DNA of 27,852 bases, from NCBI GenBank assembly GCA_017609985.1, contig JAFCCW010000011.1, positions 1 to 27,852 of the forward strand. The letters run 5' to 3'. Made by a program: the position numbers and the translations under genes. Positions 17,976-27,852 of this stretch are shown piece after piece. Under the pieces are notes generated by a model, which was not told the origin of the DNA, ran no database searches, and saw only the letters and a program-made list of their open reading frames with translations. Source of the stretch: Candidatus Iainarchaeum sp. (GTDB lineage Archaea > Iainarchaeota > Iainarchaeia > Iainarchaeales > JAFCCW01). How positions within the stretch are numbered: position 1 is the stretch's first letter; every line of letters starts with the position of its first letter.

Positions 17976-19049
17976 TTACCTGGTTATTTTGAAGCTTTGA
18001 ACCTGTTTTAGCAGGTCTGCAGCTTTCTTGTTTTTTTCAAAATGTTTTCTCACTGGTTCCAGCAATTCATTCACGCTGTTGGCTACACTGGTTTTAAGGT
18101 CTGCCGGGTGAAGATTTCCATTAACAAAGTCTACTTCAAGATCGTTGTAGGAGTTGTACTCAATATTTCCGCCAAATTTTTCTGGTCTCTCTATTTTCAG
18201 AGAATCAAATTTTTCAAAAACAATATATTTTGCATATTCAAGAACAGGGTTTTCTTCTGCAATCTTTTCCGGACAGAATGCTTTTGAAATTTTTCTCTGC
18301 ACATCCTTTGCAGAGTCAGTCATGAATATCGCAGAATCTGGTCTGCTTTTGCTCATTTTCATTTCAATCTTTCTGTCAATTCCCTCTGCACTAGTTTTTG
18401 GCTGTTCCAACCCCATAAGCATGTGGTGGTGTACTGCAACTGGCTTCCAGTAACCAAGTTTTTCTCCGAGTTCTCTGGCAAGCATGTTAACCTTTCTCTG
18501 GTCCATTCCAAGCTGGGGAATATCTACTTCGAGATGAAATATATCTGCTGTCTGCATGCAGGGATACAAAATCTGTGCAGCACTTAACCCATCTTTTTCT
18601 CCTCTGCCCATTATCTGAGAGCATCTGATAATTCTGTTAACCGTGCTTCCGGTAGCAACTGACATAACCTTTTTCCAGTAATTTTCGTCCTGAACTGCCT
18701 CGTTTGCCCAGACAAATTCCACTTTGTCCAAGTCCATCCCTGCAACTTTCCAAACTTCAATCAAATACTTTCCAGCAGTCTGAATGTCTTCAAGATTCCC
18801 ACTAAGTTTGTTGTTTGCCCAGGCATGCCAGTCTGCCACAAGCATCCTGAACTTGCAGCCCGCCTTTGCCATCTTGTTTACATTTATTGCTCGCATTATT
18901 CCCTGGGCAATATGAATGTTTCCGCTTGGTTCAAACCCATCGTAAGCTATTGGTTGTTTCTTCTTTTCCAGCAAAGCCTTCAAGTCTTCTTGAGTAATAA
19001 TTTCTTCGCCGACTTCTTCAATCAGGCTAATGCGCTCTTCAAGTTTCAT
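17976..19049 (-). CDS. tyrS: Tyrosine--tRNA ligase, archaeal/eukaryotic type
   Basis: AYDGFEPSGNIHIAQG (HIGH-like), YPCMQTAD, GMDQRK, KMSKS, LHPADLK. Confidence 0.97.
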   Translation of the reverse strand: MKLEERISLIEEVGEEIITQEDLKALLEKKKQPIAYDGFEPSGNIHIAQGIMRAINVNKMAKAGCKFRMLVADWHAWANNKLSGNLEDIQTAGKYLIEVWKVAGMDLDKVEFVWANEAVQDENYWKKVMSVATGSTVNRIIRCSQIMGRGEKDGLSAAQILYPCMQTADIFHLEVDIPQLGMDQRKVNMLARELGEKLGYWKPVAVHHHMLMGLEQPKTSAEGIDRKIEMKMSKSRPDSAIFMTDSAKDVQRKISKAFCPEKIAEENPVLEYAKYIVFEKFDSLKIERPEKFGGNIEYNSYNDLEVDFVNGNLHPADLKTSVANSVNELLEPVRKHFEKNKKAADLLKQVQSFKITR

Positions 19050-19092
19050 GCAAACCAATTAATATAAATTACAAAACTATTTATAGGTTTAT

Positions 19093-19488
19093 ATGCCTAA
19101 AAAAGTGCTTGCTTTTGGAACATTTGATGTTCTGCATCCAGGACACGAGTTTTTTCTTGAAAAAGCAAGTTGTCTTGGTGATTCTCTCACAGTAATTGTT
19201 GCACGCGATTCCAATGTAAAGCAAATAAAAGGAAAGCCAGCTGTGCAAAACGAACACGAGAGATTGAATTCTGTTAAAGAAGTTTCCTTTGTGAACAATG
19301 CTCTTCTCGGAGAAGAACCTCTTTCCTACAAGATTGTTGAAAAGCAAAGACCAGCAGTAATTGCTCTTGGATACGACCAGCAGGCAGACACAGGGAAACT
19401 TGAAAAAACAGGAGCAGAGATTGTTCGCATTCCTGCTTTCAAACCAAGCAAGTTCAAGTCATCAATCTTAAATACCAGGAAAGACTAA
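19093..19488 (+). CDS. ribL: FAD synthase (archaeal RibL, cytidylyltransferase family)
   Basis: FGTFDVLHPGH, VIVARD, IALGYDQ, KSS. The close family could alternatively be a glycerol-3-phosphate cytidylyltransferase. Confidence 0.8.
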   Translation: MPKKVLAFGTFDVLHPGHEFFLEKASCLGDSLTVIVARDSNVKQIKGKPAVQNEHERLNSVKEVSFVNNALLGEEPLSYKIVEKQRPAVIALGYDQQADTGKLEKTGAEIVRIPAFKPSKFKSSILNTRKD

Positions 19489-19496
19489 TTTTATGT

Positions 19497-19889
19497 ATGG
19501 CGCGCAGACCTAGTGAAAGAAGAAGCAAAACAGTTACTCAAAGACACAGTGTTCAAAAACCAGTTGCTCACACGCCAGTTAATCCTGAGGCAATAATTCC
19601 CGGCGGGCTTGGAAGATTTTCTGCTTCCGAGCGGGCAAGAGCATCAGGGCAGGACCCAAGAAATAAGCGTGAGCCAAAAGCTCAAAGAACAAAAGACGAG
19701 TTAAGAGACAGGGAACAGGGTTTGCTTGTAAGAGTTGCTCAACAACAAGGCTTATCAAGACACTCCATAGAAAAGATGCTAAATTATATTTCGCACCATA
19801 AAAAACACACAAGAAACGTGAGGCAGGCGCTTGAAGAAGGAGCTGTTCCCCAACTGGGAAGACTTATTCATTTAGTTCTGCTGAAATGA
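19497..19889 (+). CDS. Hypothetical highly basic protein
   Basis: 130-aa ORF starting MARRPSERRSK, with TTAAATA at 19468-19474 about 22 nt upstream. No recognisable domain. Confidence 0.6.
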   Translation: MARRPSERRSKTVTQRHSVQKPVAHTPVNPEAIIPGGLGRFSASERARASGQDPRNKREPKAQRTKDELRDREQGLLVRVAQQQGLSRHSIEKMLNYISHHKKHTRNVRQALEEGAVPQLGRLIHLVLLK

Positions 19890-19929
19890 AAAAATAGGCC
19901 TGATGGGAATCTTAAGTTTTCAAAAAAGA

Positions 19930-20391
19930 TTAGTTAATCTCCTTTTTCATTAAGATATTGTCCACAAGCTTTCCGTCAACCATGCTTCCTTTTTCAAGAA
20001 AGCCATATTGTTCAAATCCGATTTTCCTGTACAATTCGATTGCTGGCTTGTTGTCTGCCTGAACCTGAAATACAACAATCTTAATTTGTGCAGGCATCTC
20101 TTTCAATGCTCTTTCAATAAGCTTTCTTCCAATGCCTTTTCCACGTTTTTCGGGAGCAACAATCAGGGAAAACAATTCTGCAAGATGCTTGTGTCTTCCA
20201 GTTCCTAAAACAGATTTAATGTGTCCAATCAGCTGGTTGTTGGAAACCGCAAAAAATCTTTTTTCACGTTTGCTTTTAAGAGTCTTTTTAGTTTTTTTCT
20301 CAGCAAGGTTGCCTTTCCAATGAGGAAAAAGTTTTGATAAACCAATTGCATCGTTTTTTTTTATTTCTCTTATCTCAATTTGTTCAGTCAT
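19930..20391 (-). CDS. GNAT family N-acetyltransferase (RimI-like)
   Basis: LIVAPEKRGKGIGRKLI (acetyl-CoA motif A) and NKPAIELYRKIGF. ATG 20391 overlaps the upstream stop (ATGACTGA). Confidence 0.9.
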   Translation of the reverse strand: MTEQIEIREIKKNDAIGLSKLFPHWKGNLAEKKTKKTLKSKREKRFFAVSNNQLIGHIKSVLGTGRHKHLAELFSLIVAPEKRGKGIGRKLIERALKEMPAQIKIVVFQVQADNKPAIELYRKIGFEQYGFLEKGSMVDGKLVDNILMKKEIN

Positions 20392-20812
20392 CAGAAAGCA
20401 CTTTTTCACTAATTTCTGTTCTCTTTTTTTCATCCACTAGATTATGGGACTGATGGGTTTTTTCCACGTCCACTAAAAAATTTGAGTGAAGAACATCTCG
20501 CCCAACCAGAATTTTGTGAGTCATTCCTTGTCTGTCTTCAAGATTCAGTTTAACCTTTACTCTCTTTCCTCTTAATTCAATTTCGCCAAGCACGACTGCG
20601 CGCCTAACATATCCCTTAATGGAGGTCTTGCTTTTTATCTTAGTGCTTGCTACAACAGGACCTAAGCCTGCTTTTGCAGCAATTCCCAAATCTACGGATG
20701 TGTGGGTTGCGCCAGTGTCAAGAAGAGCTTTTTTTCTAACCTCTCCTTTTTCGCCAATTACTTTTACAACTTCAACTAATCCAACAACTTTTTTTGATCC
20801 AATGCCACTCAT
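20384..20812 (-). CDS. RimK-associated retropepsin-like protease (RimB / 'putative ATP-dependent zinc protease' family)
   Basis: VGLVEVV, ALLDTGATHTSVD, RRAVV, LEDRQGMTHKILVGRD. Likely start ATG 20812 with GAGG upstream. Confidence 0.85.
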   Translation of the reverse strand: MSGIGSKKVVGLVEVVKVIGEKGEVRKKALLDTGATHTSVDLGIAAKAGLGPVVASTKIKSKTSIKGYVRRAVVLGEIELRGKRVKVKLNLEDRQGMTHKILVGRDVLHSNFLVDVEKTHQSHNLVDEKKRTEISEKVLSDD

Positions 20813-20915
20813 TTTTAAATGCCTCTGAAAAAGAAAACGCATGGAAATGTTTAAAAAGCGTAAATGGGAGGTATTACTTAAAGTATTTTTGGCTTTATGA
20901 ATTCGAGTGGATTTG

Positions 20916-21757
20916 ATGAATGTTTTACTTCTCGCAGGCAATAAAACCGATGTTATTTCTGGGCTGAAAAAAGCCTTTTCTGAAAACAGGTTTTCAAAAG
21001 TAACTTATCTTAACATTGCAAGGCTTAATCTGATTACAAAGGGAACGAAAACATATGTCAAAGACTCTGGGCTAAACATTGATGATTATGATGCTGTTTA
21101 TATGCGCGTGAAACTTTCTTTTGCACCGTTTGTTGAACCATTAATGGATGAGCTTGCTGACAAGAGCATTTACACTCAGATAAAGCGTGGTTCATATTAT
21201 ATTAATTCAAACGAGCCCCTGCAGTTAATTACTCTTTCTCAGGCAGGAGTAAAACTTGCAAAAACAGCAATTGTTGCAGATCCAAGACAGATTAATTCAA
21301 TGGTTGATAATTTTTCTTATCCAGTTATTTTCAAATCATTCAAGGGTCTTGAGAAGACTCAGGCAATAGTTTTGGAATCAAAAAAACAGCTTAGCTCGCA
21401 AATTGACAGCCTTAGATCCAAGGTAAATTGTGTTGTTGTAAGGGAATTCATTGACGCTCCTCTTCAACAGTGTGCTGTAATTGGAGACAATGTTTTCTGC
21501 ATTGAGAGAAGAATGACTGATAATGGTTTGCAGGAATTGTCCAAAGGGCGCTTTGTCAAGCTTTCAAGAGAAGAGAAAAAAACTGTTATCAATGCTGCTC
21601 AGGTTTGCGGCTGTGATATTGCTACAGTGAAAATGGCAAAAGGGCATGTAACCGAAGTAATTCCTGACATAAAGTTTAAGGTGTTTAACAAAAAGTTTTC
21701 AGAAGACTTTTATTCTCTTGTTGCAGAAAATTTTGCAAAAAAAATTGGTGAGAAAAA

Positions 21758-21761
<4 letters not shown>
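20916..21761 (+). CDS. Degenerate RimK-like ATP-grasp protein
   Basis: Has the RimK layout (YDAVYMR, LSQAGVKLAKT, YPVIFKS, VVREFID, AVIGD) but lacks the GxxGxG, RxNxxxGG and EVN motifs (EVIP instead). Confidence 0.75.
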
Positions 21762-24002
<2,241 letters not shown>

Positions 24003-24163
24003 CTAAACCAAAGCAGAATAAGTTTGGAAATTGTTTTAAAGGAATGTCAAAAAGAGAGTTTTGTAGTCATGCAATCTCGCGCAGACTGAACTTTATACAT
24101 AATTGTTTCAAACCCTTTTTAAAGAATTGCTTTATATAAATAAGCTAAAAGGAGTGATTCCGA

Positions 24164-25618
24164 ATGTCTGTGTCTTCTATTCCAATCGGGCTGACTTTTG
24201 ATGATGTTCTGCTTGTTCCACAAGCAAGCAAAACCCTTCCAGGCGATGTTCTGCTTAAATCAAAGCTGACCAAAAAAATTGATATTAATATTCCACTTAT
24301 TTCTGCTGCAATGGATACTGTAACTGAAGAAGCCACAGCTATTGCAATAGCTAAAGAGGGTGGAATTGGAATAATTCACAAAAATCTTTCTGCTGAAGAG
24401 CAGGCTGCCAAAGTAGCCAAGGTTAAGCGGGCAGAGTACTGGGTTATTACAAAACCAATTACGGTTTGTCCTGACGACCCTGTTGAAAAACTTTTTTCAA
24501 TTGAGCTAGAAACTGATATAAGCTCTTTTCCTGTTATTGAAAAAAATGGAAAGCTTGCTGGAATTGTAACAAGCCGCGACCTTCGCTTTGAAGAGCACAA
24601 TTCTCAGAAAAAAGCAAAAGAAATAATGACAAAAGACCTGATTACCTCTGACATAAAGGTTTCGCTTGAAAAGGCAAGAGAAATAATGCACAAAAACCGT
24701 GTTGAAAAGCTTCCGCTCGTTGACGGTGCAGGAAAGTTAACAGGCCTTATTACAATAACTGACATCCTGAACAGAACCAAGTATCCGAATGCTCTAAGGG
24801 ACAAGAAGGGAAGGCTTATGGTTGGAGCAGCTGTTGGCCCAAGCGACGACAAAAGAATCGAGGCACTAATCAAGGCAGAAGCTGACGTAATTGTTGTTGA
24901 TACTGCTCACGGGCACTCGAAAATGGTTGTTGAAAGCGTTAAAAAAATCAAGAAAAAACATGATGTTCAGCTTATTGCAGGAAATGTTGCAACAGCTGAA
25001 GCAACAAAAGATCTTATTTCTGCTGGTGCAGACGCAATAAAGGTTGGAGTCGGACCAGGAGCAATATGCACTACTCGTGTTATTTCCGGTGTTGGAGTGC
25101 CCCAGATAACTGCAATAAAAGAATGCTCTAAAGCTGCCGAAAAATCAAAGACTCCGATTATTGCTGACGGAGGAGTCAAGTACTCTGGAGACATTGTTAA
25201 AGCAATTGCTGCTGGAGCATCAACGGTAATGATTGGCTCTCTTTTCGCAGGCTGTGATGAAACACCTGGCAGAGTAATTTATTTGAATAACAGAAAATTC
25301 AAGCAATACCGCGGAATGGGTTCTCTTGGAGCAATGAAGAAGGGAAGCAAGGACCGTTATTTCCAGAAAGGATTTGGGGATGCAAAACTTGTGCCTGAAG
25401 GAATTGAGGGAATAGTTCCATTTAAGGGAAAAATCAGTGAAATGGTTTACCAGCTTCTTGGGGGTGTGAGAAGCGGAATGGGTCTTGTTGGTGCAGGAGA
25501 CATTAATGCATTGCGCACTAATTCCAAGATGGTGAAAATTACTTCTGCTGGATTGAAGGAAAGTCATCCCCACGACGTAACCATTACTGAACAGGCTCCA
25601 AACTATCCTGGACAATAG
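24164..25618 (+). CDS. guaB: IMP dehydrogenase with CBS pair
   Basis: [68 protein letters not shown] ribosome-binding site. Confidence 0.98.
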   Translation: MSVSSIPIGLTFDDVLLVPQASKTLPGDVLLKSKLTKKIDINIPLISAAMDTVTEEATAIAIAKEGGIGIIHKNLSAEEQAAKVAKVKRAEYWVITKPITVCPDDPVEKLFSIELETDISSFPVIEKNGKLAGIVTSRDLRFEEHNSQKKAKEIMTKDLITSDIKVSLEKAREIMHKNRVEKLPLVDGAGKLTGLITITDILNRTKYPNALRDKKGRLMVGAAVGPSDDKRIEALIKAEADVIVVDTAHGHSKMVVESVKKIKKKHDVQLIAGNVATAEATKDLISAGADAIKVGVGPGAICTTRVISGVGVPQITAIKECSKAAEKSKTPIIADGGVKYSGDIVKAIAAGASTVMIGSLFAGCDETPGRVIYLNNRKFKQYRGMGSLGAMKKGSKDRYFQKGFGDAKLVPEGIEGIVPFKGKISEMVYQLLGGVRSGMGLVGAGDINALRTNSKMVKITSAGLKESHPHDVTITEQAPNYPGQ

Positions 25619-25626
25619 GTGTTCTG

Positions 25627-26229
25627 ATGTCTGAAAAGCTTGTCAAAAGAGTTACTGAGGCAAACCTTCCGACAAGATTTGGAGAATTCAAGGTTCTTGG
25701 ATACCACTCTATTAAAGAAAACAAAGACTATGTTGCTCTTGTAAAGGGAGTTGTGGGTGGTGAAAAGAATGTGCTGGTTCGCGTTCACTCTGGTTGTCTA
25801 ACAGGAGATGTTTTTCATTCACTCAGATGCGATTGTGGAACTCAGCTTGAACAGGCTCTTGCAATGATTAATGAAGCTGGAGCTGGCGTGTTTTTGTATG
25901 TTGAAAGCCATGAAGGCAGAGGCATTGGATTAATGAACAAGCTCAAAGCATATCATCTTCAGGACAATGGCAGAGACACTGTTGAAGCAAATGAAGACCT
26001 TGGTTTTTCTCCTGATGCAAGGTCTTATGAGGCAGGAGCACAAATTCTTTCAGACCTTGGATTAAGCACAATTAAACTGATTACAAACAATCCGCACAAG
26101 ATTGACTGCTTGAAAGAATATGGTTTGGAAGTTGTGGAACGCGTTCCAATCTGTGTAAAACCAAACAAGCACAATAGAAAATATCTGAAAACAAAAAAGG
26201 AAAAAATGGGGCATCTGCTGGATGGCTAA
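25627..26229 (+). CDS. ribA: GTP cyclohydrolase II
   Basis: RVHSGCLTGDVFHSLRCDCG, HEGRGIGL, DTVEAN, LITNNP, YLKTKKEKMGH. Confidence 0.97.
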   Translation: MSEKLVKRVTEANLPTRFGEFKVLGYHSIKENKDYVALVKGVVGGEKNVLVRVHSGCLTGDVFHSLRCDCGTQLEQALAMINEAGAGVFLYVESHEGRGIGLMNKLKAYHLQDNGRDTVEANEDLGFSPDARSYEAGAQILSDLGLSTIKLITNNPHKIDCLKEYGLEVVERVPICVKPNKHNRKYLKTKKEKMGHLLDG

Positions 26230-26333
26230 ATGCCCAACGCTTTTTTCTCTTTTGATATTTTAGTTTCTAATCTTCTTTCAAATCTTTTTTTCCAGACGCA
26301 ATCTATTTATATTTGAAAGAATCTTATAAAAGA

Positions 26334-27653
26334 ATGAAAAAAGAGGTCAGAATTCCGAAAAGCATTCTATTGTTTGGAAGCAAGGACTTGCTCAAGCAGG
26401 CAAGACTCAAGTTTAAGGCAAAGAAAATCAGGGAATGGAGACACAAGTCTTTTCCTGTTTACGAGTTTTCTTCAAAGGGAGCGAATTATGGATTAAGCTG
26501 TTTTTATTATGGTGCGTCTGCTGCTGCTGCAAGCATTGAAGACTTGATTTCAGCAGGAGCTGAAAGAATTATTTTTGTTTCCTATTGCAGGCCGATTGAT
26601 GAAGAGATTGAAGTAGGAAACATTATTTTGCCCACTCGCGCAGTAAGGGATGAGGGAACAAGCTTTCACTATCTCAAGGAAGCAAAGCATGTTTATGGAA
26701 ACAGTGATGTTCAAAAAAAGCTAAAGCAGGAATTCAAAAAACAAGCTCTTAAATCAAGATCTGGATTAACTTGGTCAACAGATGCTCCTTTTTCAAAGGT
26801 CAGAAGGACAGCAGAACTTGTTAAGTCTGGCGCACTAGTAATTGACAATGAAACAGCTGCTTTGTTTGCTGTTGCAAGATACAGAAAGATTTTTCTTGGA
26901 GGCTCATTAATTGTTGATGAGTCCACAATTCACGGACGGGCAAAGAACAAGCTGAAAGACCAGCTTAAAGCTCTTAAAAATCATGTTATTTCAGTTAGCC
27001 TTTCTGTTTTGTCTCAGGCTTCGTTTTGGAGAAAGCTTGAACTCGAAGAACAAGAAACAGTGAAAGAAAAAGCAAAGCCTGTTAAAAAAACCCAAAAGAT
27101 TGTTCCAGAATGGGATGACAGAGTTATTGAACTTGCAAAAGCAATTGATTCTGAAGCAGGGGCTGCTTCAATGGAGAATGAAGAAAACAAGAAAACTCTT
27201 GAATCTGTTTTAACCGAGGCAGAATTCTTTATTGCTCAGTATAATCGGACAAGAAGCAAGTACATCAGAAAAAGAATTTCAAAAAAAAACTATGGCAGTA
27301 TTTCCACTGCCTGCATTGAAGTTCTTGAAAGCAATCTGAAAACAATTCAGGATTTGAAACTAGCCCATGAAAAAACAATTGACTGGGATGACGTTGACCA
27401 TGACGAGATTGCAGAACATGTTTATTCACAAATCGGGGAAGAGGAAGAAAACGAGCCACTTCTTGTTGCCACTGAGCCAGGAAAACCCAGGAAGACAAAG
27501 CTTGCTGTCTGGCTTGTTAATCTTCCGCGAAGATTTAGATACAAGCCATACTACAGGGACTTTTTCAAACAGCCTGTTGACCCGACGAGAATCAATTACA
27601 GGCAATTTGTTGGCAAGGTTGAAAAGAAAGAGAAAAAGAAAGAACAACACTAA
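26334..27653 (+). CDS. Nucleoside phosphorylase-like (PNP/UDP family) domain fused to a charged C-terminal domain of unknown function
   Basis: IEDLISAGAERIIF, AVRDEGTSFHY, GLTWSTDAP and DNETAALFAVA in the N-terminal ~230 aa. The remaining ~200 aa are Glu/Lys-rich and unrecognised. Alternative start TTG 26313. Confidence 0.75.
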   Translation: MKKEVRIPKSILLFGSKDLLKQARLKFKAKKIREWRHKSFPVYEFSSKGANYGLSCFYYGASAAAASIEDLISAGAERIIFVSYCRPIDEEIEVGNIILPTRAVRDEGTSFHYLKEAKHVYGNSDVQKKLKQEFKKQALKSRSGLTWSTDAPFSKVRRTAELVKSGALVIDNETAALFAVARYRKIFLGGSLIVDESTIHGRAKNKLKDQLKALKNHVISVSLSVLSQASFWRKLELEEQETVKEKAKPVKKTQKIVPEWDDRVIELAKAIDSEAGAASMENEENKKTLESVLTEAEFFIAQYNRTRSKYIRKRISKKNYGSISTACIEVLESNLKTIQDLKLAHEKTIDWDDVDHDEIAEHVYSQIGEEEENEPLLVATEPGKPRKTKLAVWLVNLPRRFRYKPYYRDFFKQPVDPTRINYRQFVGKVEKKEKKKEQH

Positions 27654-27852
27654 ACCTATTTTTGAAAGTCGCCTAATCTGATTAATATGGCTTTTCTTCA
27701 ACTTACTTCACAGTTGCTCTTAACTCCGTTCGAACCTACAATTGCACGGGGGCAACAGAGAACAAATAGTTCAATGCCTTTTCAGGCTTTTCAGTGATTT
27801 TTTTATGCAGAAATAGTATAGTGTAAGTTATTAATTATGGTTTCGGTTTGTG

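Noticed and set aside
14554-19049. Functional link between TyrRS and the MATCAP-like (detyrosinase-family) peptidase
   Set aside because: tyrS is an ordinary housekeeping gene four genes away, and nothing in the sequence ties them together.
20813-20941. Basic N-terminal extension on the protease ORF (MPARSK...)
   Set aside because: It spans the divergent promoter region and overlaps the opposite gene. ATG 20812 has a ribosome-binding site and matches the family start, so it was not counted among the basic-leader orphans.
27720-27745. tRNA suggested by a GTTCGAA T-loop-like motif
   Set aside because: No T-stem pairing on either strand and no cloverleaf or acceptor stem.

Overview
Gene-dense, AT-rich window from a small-genome archaeon. 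The evidence is an archaeal-type TyrRS, RibL FAD synthase, TATA-like boxes 20-30 nt upstream of starts, and GGTGA/GGAGG ribosome-binding sites. The overall style suggests a DPANN lineage such as Diapherotrites/Iainarchaeota, which is an inference. The backbone is a bacterial-type, folate-dependent purine/C1 cluster (fhs partial, purN, purH, 5-formyl-THF cyclo-ligase, purM, purD, purF, purL with a fused PurS-like N-terminus, purQ, purA, guaB), plus ribA, ribL, tyrS, uppP and hsp20. Two things stand out. (1) A candidate peptide-tail 'writer/eraser' system: an intact RimK/LysX ATP-grasp ligase coupled to a degenerate paralog, divergent from a RimB-type retropepsin-like protease and a GNAT, with a LysW-like Zn-ribbon protein (non-canonical DEFYSE tail) next to a MATCAP/DUF1704 metallocarboxypeptidase about 4 kb away. 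(2) Five orphan genes wedged between housekeeping genes, all with Arg/Lys-rich N-termini. Three carry enzyme-like folds (nucleotidyltransferase, SAM methyltransferase, possibly kinase-like), and two are broken only by in-frame stops. The purF/purL intergenic region is also nearly mirror-symmetric, with a 10-bp motif just before both start codons. No rRNA, tRNA, CRISPR array or mobile element was recognised.
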